Origin: Naegleria gruberi | Taxonomy: Eukaryota | Reading direction: 5' to 3' (one strand) | DNA length: 64,000 bases | Assembly: GCA_000004985.1 (NCBI GenBank) | Contig: GG738915.1 | Shown: piece after piece, positions 1-11,087 of the stretch | Layout: every line of letters starts with the position of its first letter | Numbering within the stretch: position 1 is the stretch's first letter | Notes under the pieces: model-generated | Databases searched by the model: none | Seen by the model: only the letters and a program-made list of their open reading frames with translations | Told to the model about the DNA's origin: nothing | Made by a program: the position numbers and the translations under genes

Positions 1-191
1 GTAGCATGCTGAAGGTGGGAATACCAACCAATATACCTATTTAGCAGGGTGATGATGAAATCATGATGAGTAATTGTTGTTTGTTGTTTTTTTTTGTTGA
101 ATATTTAACGGTAAGAACAGACAACTTGCAGCGGTTATTGGTTGGCGCGAAATTACCGTGATGTAACATTTTTTAGCTCACCTCCCTCGGT

Positions 192-789
192 CTACTCAAT
201 GGCTAATCCATTCTGCAAAACAGCTTGCAACACAATTTCTCTATCTCTTCTCAAAGACTCATCTGCATATTTGAGAGCTAGACCATCCTGTTTAACAGCT
301 TCCAAAACAAATTCTCTATCCGTTCTTGACTTGATACCAGATTCCAATAAAAATCCTCCATCTTTCTGTAATGATTCATCTGCATATCCAATTGCCACTC
401 TATTCTGTTTAATAGCTTGCAACACAATTTCTCTATCTCGTTTCAATGATCTATCTGCAAAAACAAGTACGCTCTCATTATGTTTAACAACTTGTAATAT
501 AAACTCTCTGTCTCGTTTAAATGATTCATCGGTAAGTTCAATGGCACTCCCAATTTGTTTAACTGCTTCCAGTACTATTTCTCTGTCTTGTTTCAATGAT
601 TCATCTACGAATTTCAAGTGCCAGACCATTTTCCTTGACGGCTATCAATACTATTTCTCTGTCTTTCTTAAATTCATCGGGTATCGAACGTGGAAATTTT
701 CTGATTTTTTTGATAACAGCCTCTCTCTCACTCTTTTTTGCTGAAAGCATGGTTGGAATAATTTTGTTATTTCGTAATTGGTTATTCAA
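192..789 (-). CDS. DUF4116-type tandem-repeat protein (~36-aa repeats such as 'DREIVLEAVKQNGLALKYADESLKR'). The reading frame is broken by an apparent 1-nt indel near 605-612, so this may be a pseudogene or a sequencing error.
   Basis: Two minus-strand ORFs (601..789 and 192..629) in different frames. Both encode the same periodic repeat 'DREIVL.AVKQNG.AL.YADESL'. Removing one G in 'cttGaaattc' restores 'NGLALKFVDESLKQD'. The plus-strand ORF 142..744 is the Ser/Leu-rich antisense of these repeats. Confidence 0.55.
200..640. repeat. Tandem ~108-bp coding repeats (nucleotide-level periodicity of the DUF4116 repeats)
   Basis: Recurrent 'caacacaatttctctatctc...ttcaatgatc...tctgca' blocks. They coincide with the amino-acid repeat periodicity. 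Confidence 0.5.
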
Positions 790-905
790 AAATCCACACC
801 TAGATAAAGTTGTGAATTTTTTTCTTAAAGTAGAAAGCTGGTGAGCCCATAAAACCTTTTCTTGATGAAGAAAATCTTGATGTGATACAATAATTTTTAT
901 TGTAC

Positions 906-1204
906 TTATGGCAACATCCAGCTAGCCATGGCTTCTTTGAATTCATCCCATTGAAGTTGACCATCACTGTTGGCGTCGATTTCCTTCATGACTTCCTTAA
1001 CTTGGGACTCGTTTCCTTCTTCTCCTAAAGCTTGAAGAATAGTTTTTAATTCAACAATATCGATCATCTTGTCATTATCAGTATCACATTGTCTGAAAGC
1101 TGCACAGTGTTTAGAAATTAAAATTGATAAAACTAAAAAATTGATCACATACCCAGAGTGATTTGATCTTGTTGTTTGGAAGAGAGCTGTTCCCAATAAA
1201 CCAT
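906..1204 (-). CDS. Small two-EF-hand calcium-binding protein (~82 aa). Exons complement(join(906..1099,1153..1204)).
   Basis: EF loops 'DTDNDKMIDIVE' and 'DANSDGQLQWDE'. A genuine ATG lies at 1202-1204 in another frame. It joins through a 53-nt GTATGT...CAG intron (1100..1152) to give 'MVYWEQLSSKQQDQITLAFRQCDTDNDK', a canonical entering helix. The track ORF 906..1196 starts at TTG and reads through the intron. Confidence 0.65.
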
Positions 1205-1280
1205 TTTTTTAAAATTATGTCGTCAATGTGTTGACATGTTCTGGAAATGATCTCATACAGTGTGGTAATTAAAAAGAAAT

Positions 1281-1353
1281 CGCCCCACGTGGGGCTCGAA
1301 CCCACGACCGTTGGATTAAAAGTCCAACGCTCTACCGACTGAGCTAGCGGGGC
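1281..1353 (-). tRNA. tRNA-Lys (anticodon UUU)
   Basis: Reverse complement GCCCCGCTAGCTCAGTCGGTAGAGCGTTGGACTTTTAATCCAACGGTCGTGGGTTCGAGCCCCACGTGGGGCG. It folds as a cloverleaf with anticodon loop CTTTTAA and T-loop GGTTCGAGC. A T-run follows on the coding strand (terminator). Confidence 0.9.
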
Positions 1354-1618
1354 TGCTCGAGATCAATTTAAGCTAACTCAATATTTACAGGAATAGCCCT
1401 CTAACCTTGTCCTTTTATTATATATTTACTTTTTATTTAAAAAAATTAATTGCAAACATAATTTTATGTAGTGACTAAGGTGGTACTTTTAAAACTTAAG
1501 ATAAGTAAAAAAAACCGCTAAAAATATTTCCCTCCAAAATTTTTGTAATTCTTTCCCGCTTTTATTAAAATCGTTACATTCATTTGAAAAAATTTCACCA
1601 TCATCAGCGCCAAAAAAA

Positions 1619-4081
1619 ATGTATTCAACACGGTCTGCTACACCACAAACATCCTATCGCTTGCCTGGCTCGTCATCAACAACAACTTCATCAGGGACAA
1701 GCAATGCTGCTGCTCAAAAGCTTACAAGACCAGCTACTGCTTCTGGTGTTACAGCCACCAGAAGAACACCTACACCAACAGTTTCGCAAAACAAACTTCA
1801 ACCAACATCATCTACGCCCCGAATAATAATAGAGGAAAAGTATCATAAAAAGGTAGATAAAGACAGACAAGTGCTATATAGAAAGTATTATCAAGAAAGA
1901 TTTTTAGGTAAAGGTGGTTTTGCTCAGTGCTACTTGTTCAGACAAGTAGGTACAAATATTTTCCATGCTGCCAAGATTATTGACAAGAAAACTCTCGAGA
2001 AGGAAAATGTAAAGCAAAAACTCTTTTCTGAAATCAAAATCCACAGTTCTCTCTCCCATAGACATATTGTTAATTTTGTTAGATACTTTGAAGATATTAA
2101 TAATGTATACATTCTCTTAGAAGTCTGCAATTGTGGTTCAATGATGGATCTTTTAAAGAGCAGGACAAGATTAACAGAACAAGAAGCTAGGTTTTTCCTT
2201 CATCAAATTTTATTAGCTTGTCTGTATATGAACGAGAAGAAAGTTATCCATAGAGATTTGAAATTAGGTAATTTATTCCTTACAGATAAGATGGAGATCA
2301 AAATTGGAGACTTTGGACTTGCAACAGAAGTTGAATTCGATGGAGAACGAAAGAAGACAATCTGTGGTACTCCAAATTATATTGCACCTGAAATTCTTTA
2401 CAATAAGGGACACAGCTTTGAAGTTGATATTTGGTCTATTGGTGTAATATTGTACACCATGCTTGTTGGTACTCCTCCTTTTGAAACAAAGGATGTAAAG
2501 GAAACCTATAAGAAAATCAAACATAACGATTATAACTTCCCTCCAGATATTGAAATTAGTTCAAAAGCCAAGTCTCTTATTAGAAGTATTTTGAGACGTA
2601 ACCCAGACGATAGACCAGATATCAAGACAATCTTGAGTGATCCATTCTTTGCTGGACATTCAGTGGATGTTTGTCCAGTTACTCTTTTAGAATATGCCAG
2701 AACTCACGCTCTCAAGATTCCTGATGTTGAAGAAACAATGCCAGGATACAGTTTGAAACATCCTGAATTACAACAACAAATGCTCAAACTTAGACAAGAT
2801 CGTGGAGCACTTAGACAAATTGATAATAATACAATGCATCAAAGAGCTCAACCAACCGTGGAAACAGGACTTAAGAAACCACTCATGAGTGGTTTTCCAA
2901 CCTCAACAATGCGACCTCCACTTGCCACAGTGAATACCAATATTAATAATGAAAATTATAACCCTAATTCCCAACAAGTTGTAACCAAACAACCATTGTT
3001 TACTCCTTCTCATCCACCTCAACAACAAACTGAACAACCACAAAAACCTGTTCACCCAACTTTACAAACTCACTACACCTCAACAACTACAACCCAATCA
3101 GTTTCTACAACCAATTCCCCATCACACGTAACAGCTAGCTCTGTTACATCCTCCCCAAGTCTAGGCTCCCAACGTTCTGTACAAACAACTCAAACTACTT
3201 CACGTCTTCCAACCCCTAAGAGAAGATCTCCTAGTGAAGATGAAAGAAAATCTAAACCTCAAACACCAACTTCTGAATCATCTTTAGAAACTAGCAGATC
3301 AAAAGGACCACCAGTCAAGAAGGTTCGCAACACTGTTTCTTCTCCATATTCACCTTATGATGTATTAGATCCAATGACTGTTGACGAAGATGATACAACC
3401 AATGATAATGTTACTCATGATTTACCACCAATATGGATTACTCATTGGGCTGATTTTTCTGCAAAGTACGGTCTTACATATTTGATGAGCAATGGTTGTG
3501 TAGGTGCTGTTTATAATGATTCCTCAAAGATGACCTATATGCCTGCAACTGAACAAATTAATTACTACGAGAGAAAAGCTACTGGTGATAATATTTATGA
3601 AGAAAGGTCTACATTTACTGTATCTGATTTTCCTCCTCAAATGAATAAGAAGGTTACCCTTATCAAGTATTTTGCTGACGTTTTGAGCAAATTGAAGAGA
3701 AATGACCATAATTTGGTTTCTTCTCCTAATTCTGATACTGGCAGATGTAGTTATAGACCAAAGGATGATGTTTTCATTCAAAAGACTGGACTTGATGATG
3801 TATTTGTAAAGAGATGGTTGAGAACCTCACATGCAGTTATTTTCCGCCTCAGCAATAAGATAGTTCAAGTTTGTTTCCACGATCAAACTGAAATCATACT
3901 CACTGGAGATAGTAATCTTGTTTCATATACTGATCCTCAAGGTGTAAGAACTACCTATGCCTTGAATAAGGTTGTCAAGAGTCCAAGTCAAGAAATTGCC
4001 AAGAGACTCAAATACACTAAAGATGTCTTGTGCCAACTCATTAGTGGATCTGCTACCACTGATAAACACAGGAATCAATAA
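1619..4081 (+). CDS. PLK: Polo-like kinase (Ser/Thr kinase domain plus C-terminal polo boxes); single exon
   Basis: Kinase motifs HRDLKLGNLFL, DFGLA and GTPNYIAPE. Polo-box signature 'WITHWADFSAKYGLTYLMSNGCVGAVYND' and a second box 'HAVIFRLSNKIVQVCFHDQTEIIL'. The N-terminus is S/T-rich. Confidence 0.9.
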   Translation: MYSTRSATPQTSYRLPGSSSTTTSSGTSNAAAQKLTRPATASGVTATRRTPTPTVSQNKLQPTSSTPRIIIEEKYHKKVDKDRQVLYRKYYQERFLGKGGFAQCYLFRQVGTNIFHAAKIIDKKTLEKENVKQKLFSEIKIHSSLSHRHIVNFVRYFEDINNVYILLEVCNCGSMMDLLKSRTRLTEQEARFFLHQILLACLYMNEKKVIHRDLKLGNLFLTDKMEIKIGDFGLATEVEFDGERKKTICGTPNYIAPEILYNKGHSFEVDIWSIGVILYTMLVGTPPFETKDVKETYKKIKHNDYNFPPDIEISSKAKSLIRSILRRNPDDRPDIKTILSDPFFAGHSVDVCPVTLLEYARTHALKIPDVEETMPGYSLKHPELQQQMLKLRQDRGALRQIDNNTMHQRAQPTVETGLKKPLMSGFPTSTMRPPLATVNTNINNENYNPNSQQVVTKQPLFTPSHPPQQQTEQPQKPVHPTLQTHYTSTTTTQSVSTTNSPSHVTASSVTSSPSLGSQRSVQTTQTTSRLPTPKRRSPSEDERKSKPQTPTSESSLETSRSKGPPVKKVRNTVSSPYSPYDVLDPMTVDEDDTTNDNVTHDLPPIWITHWADFSAKYGLTYLMSNGCVGAVYNDSSKMTYMPATEQINYYERKATGDNIYEERSTFTVSDFPPQMNKKVTLIKYFADVLSKLKRNDHNLVSSPNSDTGRCSYRPKDDVFIQKTGLDDVFVKRWLRTSHAVIFRLSNKIVQVCFHDQTEIILTGDSNLVSYTDPQGVRTTYALNKVVKSPSQEIAKRLKYTKDVLCQLISGSATTDKHRNQ

Positions 4082-4204
4082 ATATATTTCGAAAAACAAT
4101 TGTATTAATAATATTTATAATAGTAACGAAATGATAAATGATAAACCAATTCTTTCCCGCCAATTTTGAAAAACTGTAGCAAGTTTTAAATAATAAAAAA
4201 TAGA

Positions 4205-5976
4205 ATGACATCAATGCCTGCTACCGATGGAGGGGAAGAAAACGAATTTCATGCAAAATATACCGTCATTAATGATCAGCTCATTCGTTCCTGTATTCAA
4301 TTAAAACAAATAGAGCATGATGACGGAACGGATCAGGAAAGTAAAACAATGAGGGCTTTGAAACTCAAGAGAGACACAATGGATTTTGCCCTTATCGAAC
4401 ACTTGAGTTTTTCATTTAAGAGTACGTACAGATGATGACTGTTTTTTGAATATCAAATTGAAAATAGACATTTTTAAAATATCAAACTTGGAGGGATTTG
4501 ATAAATTAATCATCTTACAATTGGATAATAACAATATTGTACAAATTGAAAAGATATCCCACTTGGTTTATCTAGAAAAATTGGATTTATCTTTCAATAA
4601 GATAACAAAAATTGAAGGATTGAAGGGATTGAAGAATTTGAAATACCTTTCTCTCTTTAGTAATGATATTGAAAAAATTGAAGGAATGGAAGATTTAATG
4701 GAATTGAAGAGTTTTTCAATTGCCAAAAACAAAATTAAGGAAAAATCAAGTGTAAGTACTTATCAAGTTAAACTTTTTCATAAATGATTTTATTAAAAGA
4801 TTCAATACCTAAGAATGTTCCCAAGACTAGGAATGGTGACTTTGTACGATAATCCAGTGTGTGAAGAAAGAGATTTCAGAAACATGGTTCTAGCCTTTTT
4901 GAGAAATTTAAAATTCTTGGACTATCGTTTAATTGAAGAGGAAGAAGTGCAAACTGCCAAAGAGAGATTCCACAATGAATTGCTGAAAGTTAGTGACAAT
5001 GAAGAACAATATGCACAAAATCAAGAAGAAGATGAAAAGAAACTGTTAGAAGAACAGTTGTTAGCTAAGGCCAACATCGCTGGTATCGATGATTTGTTCG
5101 ATGAAATGTTCGAATGTGAAGCAGACGAAACAATCAAAATATTCAACTATTGTACTGCGGATATCATTGAAAAGTATAGAACTAAATTTACAGACAAGAA
5201 GGATGAATTCAAGATGGAAATGATCAACTCCTCTAGAAACAAGGATAATGAGCTTGAAGAGCTTTATTCAACATTACAAAAAAGTCAATACGAAACAAAC
5301 TCCAGCTCAAAAACTCTCATTAAAGAATTCGAAAAGAAAAAGAAGGAAATTATTAGCAATGTAAAGGAAATGACTGCTGAGAGTGAAGAGGAAGATTTGC
5401 ATCAACTTGATTTGCTTGATAGAGAATTGGACATACTGGCAGAAAAACTCATTGAAGTTGAAGTCAACCAATCTGAAGCTTTCTGGGAAGTTATTGAAGA
5501 ATTCCTACCAAACTACAGAGAAATGGACTGTACAAGTAAGATTCAAAACTTTTTCAAAAAGTTGAAGAAAATTGAAGACAAATATAGTATTGAATTGAAA
5601 GATAGATTGATGGATCAAGTTACAACTATTGCTGAGGATACTAATGAGAAAGTTAAAGATGTAAGTTCCATTATTTTGAAGTTATTAACTCTATTCACAA
5701 TGTTGCCTACAGATTTTGGAGGATAAGGATCAGTTGTTCACTCTTGTTCAACGTTCCAAGGAAGCACACAAAGAGATTATTGGCCAAAAAGAACTCAAAC
5801 TCATCCAAAACGAAAAGGATAGAATGTTATTTACTGTTGAAAAAACAAAGAAGGATGAACATGAACGAAATAGATCTAGAATTTCAGAAATTTGGACCTT
5901 TGTTGAAAGAGTGAAGGAAGAAATTGAAGAAACAAGAAAGTTCATCATTTCGCCAGAAGAATACTACGAAGATTAA
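4205..5976 (+). CDS. DRC3: Dynein regulatory complex subunit 3 (DRC3/LRRC48-like axonemal LRR plus coiled-coil protein). Exons join(4205..4421,4468..4751,4800..5660,5713..5976).
   Basis: LRR block 'LQLDNNNIVQIEKISHLVYLEKLDLSFNKITKIEGLKGLKNLKYLSLFSNDIEKIEG' and the LRRcap 'MVLAFLRNLKFLDYRLI' match human DRC3 ('LRLDNNIIEKIEGLENLAHLVWLDLSFNNIE', 'FICAYLPDLMYLDYRRI'). Splice junctions (GTACGT/AG, GTAAGT/AG, GTAAGT/AG; introns 46-52 nt) give 'SFSFKNIFKISNL' and 'KIKEKSSIQYLRMFPRL', which align to the human 'SLHFQNIERIENL' and 'NIIYLRRFKCLRT'. A long C-terminal coiled coil follows. Confidence 0.75.
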
Positions 5977-6043
5977 TTCTTCTAGAAGTGTTTACAATAA
6001 ACGGAGCCAATATTATTAAAAATAATTATTCCAGAAATTTATA

Positions 6044-7561
6044 TTAACGAACCCATGTGTAATGCTGAAATAAATCTAATCTATTTTCTGAAATATCTAC
6101 CGTTTTGATTTTACTTTTCTGAAGTAGAATGACTTCTTGATCTGTTATTCCAGTAGACCTTAAATTGAGGAACTCTAATGTGCTGAAAGGTTCTGATAAC
6201 CATTCTATAAAATTAGAGGTGAGGGTATTGTAACTTAGGTCAATAGATTGTATAGAAGGAAGGGCTTCTGATCTTCGTATTGGAACGTTTTCAAAAACAT
6301 AATTACCTCTAATCCGCCCACTTGCCAGTAATGTTTTCAAGCTTGTAAGAGAGCCACAAAATAAACGTTCCAATTTTAGGCTGTTGCTACCAATATCTAA
6401 ATAAGTTAGCGTCGAATTGAAAGCAGAATTCACAATATGTTCACAAGCGGAATGATGCAAACCACAATTATTGAGAATCAGTGTTTCAATATGTTCCAAA
6501 TTTTTACTCTTACATAAATGTTCTACTCCTTTTCCAATTCTATTCTTTTCAAGATTGAGATATTTCAATTTGAAAGATAATATTTTTGATAGTTCCATAC
6601 AGGCCGATTCTTCAATTCCTTGACATCCCAATTCCAAATGTTCAATTGTTTCAGTTGGTGATTCAGCTATATATTTACATCCGTTCACACCAATATAGTT
6701 AGTATTGAGATTGACCTGTTTTAAACTATTCCACTTTTGTGAAAATATGAATTTCACTCCATCATCTCCAATTTTACAAAGACTCAAATCCAAATACGTC
6801 ATTGAAGAAAAATTATCACTATTAAAACTCTTGAAAGCTTCATCCAATCGTTTTTCAAATTTGTGGCACTCTTTAAGAATCAGACTAGTCAAATTTGGAA
6901 AACTTTGAGATTGAAATAATTGTTTCAGCCCAGCAACACCAAGCATATTTTTTCTCAAATCCAGAATCTTCAAATTGTTGAACTTTAGAGTGTCCAATTT
7001 TGAAATTCCCTCCTGTGTTATTCTCTGTGATATTTTAGTATTGTCTGCTGAGAGACAAAGCTCCTTCAAGTCCAGTAACTTTTTGTGTTTAATCAAATAG
7101 TCAACACCCTCATCACCAACTCCATTCAATTCCAAGCCAGACAATCCATCAAATAACGACAGTAAATGCACATGCTCAAAACTCAATTTTGTGAAACTCT
7201 TCATCACCTCAACTCCATAATTAAACCAGTAAGCAAGCACTCCTTGTTTTTTGTGGTGATGAAAATTGGTCAAATCTCTGGGAACCAACGATAGATGCAT
7301 TGCATCAATATCCAAACCAATAATTGCAACTCGGTCCAATCTTTTAAAAACACCACTCACTCCACTCTCCATAAACTGATCAATTCTCTCCCTATTCAAT
7401 GATCCTAAATTAATGGAAATGGAGAGAGGACTCGAGAGAATGGCCTCATTCCATTCCGAACAAACCAATCTGCCACAAGTAAATATCCACTTTGTATCAA
7501 AGTGTTCCATCATGATTGAAGAAACCAGAACATCACCCGAGAGACCACAACTTGGAATCAT
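6044..7561 (-). CDS. RNI-like leucine-rich-repeat protein with F-box-like N-terminus; single exon
   Basis: 505-aa ORF. It contains repeated 'L..L.L..N.IG..G...L' RNI-type LRRs (e.g. 'LKYLNLEKNRIGKGVEHLCKS'). The N-terminal 'WIFTCGRLVCSEWNEAIL' is F-box-like. Confidence 0.7.
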   Translation of the reverse strand: MIPSCGLSGDVLVSSIMMEHFDTKWIFTCGRLVCSEWNEAILSSPLSISINLGSLNRERIDQFMESGVSGVFKRLDRVAIIGLDIDAMHLSLVPRDLTNFHHHKKQGVLAYWFNYGVEVMKSFTKLSFEHVHLLSLFDGLSGLELNGVGDEGVDYLIKHKKLLDLKELCLSADNTKISQRITQEGISKLDTLKFNNLKILDLRKNMLGVAGLKQLFQSQSFPNLTSLILKECHKFEKRLDEAFKSFNSDNFSSMTYLDLSLCKIGDDGVKFIFSQKWNSLKQVNLNTNYIGVNGCKYIAESPTETIEHLELGCQGIEESACMELSKILSFKLKYLNLEKNRIGKGVEHLCKSKNLEHIETLILNNCGLHHSACEHIVNSAFNSTLTYLDIGSNSLKLERLFCGSLTSLKTLLASGRIRGNYVFENVPIRRSEALPSIQSIDLSYNTLTSNFIEWLSEPFSTLEFLNLRSTGITDQEVILLQKSKIKTVDISENRLDLFQHYTWVR

Positions 7562-8264
7562 TTTTTTTAGTGTGCTCTTTTGATTATTGTAAAGTTTCGA
7601 TTGTGTTGTGGGATAAAGAGGGTTGCATGTGTCTATGGGGAGTGAGTGGAATGGAGGGCGATCATTGAAATTAAAACGGAATGAATTGTCAGATTGTTGT
7701 AATGTCTTGAAGTTTAAAAAAATTACTGAACTTTCTTAATTGTATTCGTATGTTTTGGAAGCGCAAGATGTTGTCTTTTTCTCGGCTATCCGTTTATTAT
7801 CTTTATCAATTTTCTATTGTTAATATTGAAATAAGATTAAACTCCATTGTCCTAATAGCATCTAAGCATTACTTGTAAGCACTTAAGTTTAATATTAAGT
7901 CTTATCCACGTTCTTATCTTTTTTCATTCAAACTATTTTTTCGTTATCGAGGAGGAACTAGGCTTTATTTTTAGAACGCTTTCCTTCAAACAACAATTCA
8001 ATTTGTTGTCTTCATCACTCTAAAAAAAAACACAGTGCTTGGTTTTTTATTGCTTTCTTTCGATTGTTTTATTTGTTGTATTAAAGCTTTTCAAACACAT
8101 CAGTTTAAACAATATTAATAGTAGAATAGACGACAACTATTTAGAATCAACAAGTACTGATAACTAGTTATTGTTATAATATTAGGATTAAAATCTGATC
8201 AAGAAATTTAAATAGGATTTTTTGTTGTATATATCATCACCCGATTAATAATACTTAAATCAAA
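7562..8264. promoter_or_regulatory. Divergent (bidirectional) intergenic promoter region between the LRR gene (-) and RPN10 (+)
   Basis: 700-bp AT-rich spacer between two divergently oriented start codons. No ORFs. Confidence 0.3.
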
Positions 8265-9401
8265 ATGAAGGAACAATGTATGATCTGTATAGATAACTCT
8301 GAATGGATGAGAAACGGAGATTATGCACCAACAAGATTAGATGCTCAACTTGAAGCAGCCAATCTTATTTGCGGAAGTAAAACTCAAAGTAATCCAGAAA
8401 CAACAATAGGTGTACTCACAATGGGCGACTCAAATCCATCAGTTAAGGTTGCACCAACAACAGATTTGGGTAAACTTCTTTCCAGTCTTTCATCAGTTAG
8501 TGTGGGAGGAGACACTCACTTTTCTAAAGCACTCCAAATTGCTTATCTCGTTTTAAAGAATAGAGCCCCAGAGCAAGGTACACCAAATAGACGTCTTGTG
8601 ATTTTTGTTGGTAGCCCAATTGAAGAAAATAAGGATGATTTGGTTAAATTGGGTCTTCGTATGAAGAAGAATGGTGTTGCTTGTGATGTGATCAACTTTG
8701 GAGAAGTTCATGAAAATACAGCCAAGTTGGAAGCTTTCATCAGTTCTGTCAACAGAGATGATAATTCGAGAATGGAAACTATTCCACCTGGACCACATAT
8801 TCTTTCCGATATGTTACTTTCATCACCAATTGTTGGAATGGGAGGTGCTGGTGTATCTTCCTCACCAAGTGGTACTGGAGGTGCTGCCACAGGTGGTGAA
8901 GGTGGTGGTGATTTTGAATTTGGTGTTGATCCAAGTCTTGATCCTGAATTGGCTATGGCCATTCGTTTGTCTTTGGAAGAAGAAAAGAGAAGACAAGAAA
9001 GAGAAAAACAATCATCTGGAACCAGCTCAACTGAACAACAACCAGCTGCTGGATCATCTTCTACAACTGAATCCACTAGTGCTCTCCCAACTACTGCCGC
9101 TTCTGAACCAACTGATGATGACGACATAGAAATGGAAGATGATGAAGCTTTAGAAAAGGCTCTCCTTCTCTCAAAGCAAGAAGCTGGTATGGCTGACGAA
9201 GAAGAAGAAGAAATGGACGAAGATGCTGCTTTGGAAGCTGCCCTTAGAATGTCAATGGAAGAATCGAAAAAGAATGACGAAAATATTGATGATATTGTAG
9301 AAGATCAAGAATTCATGCAAGATCTTGTTGGCGGCTTAGGTAAGAATGTTAACTCTGATGAGGTTTTAAAGAAGGATAAGAAAGACGAAGAAAAGAAATA
9401 A
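8265..9401 (+). CDS. RPN10: 26S proteasome regulatory subunit Rpn10/PSMD4 (vWA domain plus three UIMs)
   Basis: N-terminal 'MICIDNSEWMRNGDYAPTRL' is the hallmark Rpn10 vWA start. UIMs: 'DPELAMAIRLSLEEE', 'EALEKALLLSKQEA' and 'DAALEAALRMSMEE'. Confidence 0.9.
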   Translation: MKEQCMICIDNSEWMRNGDYAPTRLDAQLEAANLICGSKTQSNPETTIGVLTMGDSNPSVKVAPTTDLGKLLSSLSSVSVGGDTHFSKALQIAYLVLKNRAPEQGTPNRRLVIFVGSPIEENKDDLVKLGLRMKKNGVACDVINFGEVHENTAKLEAFISSVNRDDNSRMETIPPGPHILSDMLLSSPIVGMGGAGVSSSPSGTGGAATGGEGGGDFEFGVDPSLDPELAMAIRLSLEEEKRRQEREKQSSGTSSTEQQPAAGSSSTTESTSALPTTAASEPTDDDDIEMEDDEALEKALLLSKQEAGMADEEEEEMDEDAALEAALRMSMEESKKNDENIDDIVEDQEFMQDLVGGLGKNVNSDEVLKKDKKDEEKK

Positions 9402-9494
9402 TTGTATTACCATACCACCTGTAAAATAAATTCTACTGCTCTATCTCACTAATCAAATTTTATGTACAATTAATTTCTAATATTACATGATATT

Positions 9495-10325
9495 TTACAA
9501 TAAATCTAGACCTGCATGTCTTCTACTAGCGAATGGATCAGTTCTGCGACCTAATCCCTTCTTTGCCTTTGCATTAAGTTCATAATGGAAATAGGTCCAC
9601 ATATTAAATAACATGTGTTTGATCTTGTCAGGATTCATGGCAATTTTCAGTAAAATTCTTTGAGTTGCAGCAGGTCCACCATTAGTATAAGATAAATAAT
9701 CACCTCTTCTCAATAAACTATTTACATCATTGGTTTGATATCTGACATCATCTTCAAAATAATCATCATCCTCATCATCCCAATATCCAGCCTCTGAAAA
9801 ACTCGATCCAATAAAAGCTCCATTCATCCAATCCTCTTTACCATTAGAAACTATAGTACTATTATTGTTGGAAGAACTCGAATTGCTAGTTGAAGCACCA
9901 CTTCCAACAATCAAATTTTGATTCGAACTAAATTGCAAAGTATCCTTTGAAGAAACTTGCACTAAACTCAATCTCACATTCCATCTCGCTAATTGCTGAA
10001 ATAAAAAATCTTTCCAGAAATTATTCTGAACCGTTTCACATTCAGACCATTCTCTATATTGCCGACTAATGGACGAAATTTCAATCATTTGTTTTATATA
10101 GTGTTGAACATTTTCAGGGTTGAGTTGAGGAATGCGTGGAATTAAAAAACTAGTTATCAAATAAATTGTATCCGGTGGAAGGTCATTGAGTGTATATTTT
10201 GGAGGATTGTTTTTCGAATAGACTTGCAATCCTGATGATGATGATGATTTGGAAGTGGCTGGTGACAAGGAAGACGACGATGACCGTACTCTCGAGAAGA
10301 AGGAGCTTCGAGATGGTGAGGACAT
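9495..10325 (-). CDS. Hypothetical Ser-rich protein (276 aa)
   Basis: Clean ATG-initiated ORF. There is a low-complexity S-run at the N-terminus and acidic 'WDDEDDDYFEDD'. No confident domain. Confidence 0.45.
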   Translation of the reverse strand: MSSPSRSSFFSRVRSSSSSLSPATSKSSSSSGLQVYSKNNPPKYTLNDLPPDTIYLITSFLIPRIPQLNPENVQHYIKQMIEISSISRQYREWSECETVQNNFWKDFLFQQLARWNVRLSLVQVSSKDTLQFSSNQNLIVGSGASTSNSSSSNNNSTIVSNGKEDWMNGAFIGSSFSEAGYWDDEDDDYFEDDVRYQTNDVNSLLRRGDYLSYTNGGPAATQRILLKIAMNPDKIKHMLFNMWTYFHYELNAKAKKGLGRRTDPFASRRHAGLDLL

Positions 10326-11087
10326 TTTTTTTCTATGTGTTCTTCTTGATGTGTGGTGACATGGTGCAATACAATTTTCAGAAGTGGATTTCTAGATCAG
10401 ATAAAGGCAAGTTCGCTCATTCAATTTAATGGTGTTATCATTTAAAATATGCTAACGTCTAATCAAGCCTGAATGTTTGATTTTGCAAAAAGTCATGATA
10501 ATGAAAATAAATGTATCAGAGGAGGAATTGTAAATCACCCATTGGAAAATTGTAACATGTTGCTGAAGTGTAATATATGAATAAATTCGATAAACTCAAC
10601 GCAAATAGTGCCTAAATGAGTGACATCCCCATTCAAAACTTCCATTTTTTTGATTACCTTCCATTATGATATGAAAATACTGGTAACCTCAGACATTTAC
10701 AACAACCATTCGAAACTGAACGAATCAAATTAAGACAAGTTTGGCCTCATTCCGTACTATTGGTCTTTTATGGGGATTTTGAAGAAGTCAATAAGCTAAG
10801 GGTGACTTCATTTGTTGAGCGTGAGCATGCAATAATTGTTACTCGAATGTTAAACTGTGAAGCACAAGTGGTGTTGCATCTCTCAAAAAAACAAACCTAA
10901 ATAGCTTCAATTCGCGAAACATCCATTCAGCATAGCTTTACAAGAAACACACAAGTTACTTCAACACATACTTTAGGATAGAGATTATATCGAATTGTAA
11001 ATTTCATAATTAGTAATTCCTGCAATCACAGACCATTAATCTCCAAACACACTGCCAATTACTCTCTCCATCTCCAACACCAAAAGA

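Noticed and set aside
142-744. 200-aa plus-strand ORF, Ser/Leu-rich and repetitive
   Set aside because: It is the antisense reading of the DUF4116 codon repeats on the minus strand. It has no protein-like features beyond the mirrored periodicity.
906-1196. Track ORF starting 'MGTALFQTTRSNHSGYVINFLVL...' as the EF-hand protein
   Set aside because: It starts at TTG and reads through a GTATGT..CAG intron. The ATG at 1204 plus splicing gives a proper EF-hand entering helix.
1111-1305. 64-aa minus-strand ORF
   Set aside because: It overlaps the tRNA-Lys gene (1281..1353) and the EF-hand exon region, is low-complexity, and uses a non-ATG start.
1584-1826. 80-aa ORF overlapping the PLK start in another frame (His/Gln-rich)
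   Set aside because: It is an alternate-frame artefact of the S/T-rich PLK N-terminus. The PLK frame has the clean ATG and continuous kinase homology.
8698-9129. Overlapping plus (8698..9129) and minus (8708..9127) ORFs inside RPN10
   Set aside because: They are embedded in, or antisense to, the well-supported Rpn10 frame. The composition is driven by the GGT/GAA-rich UIM region.
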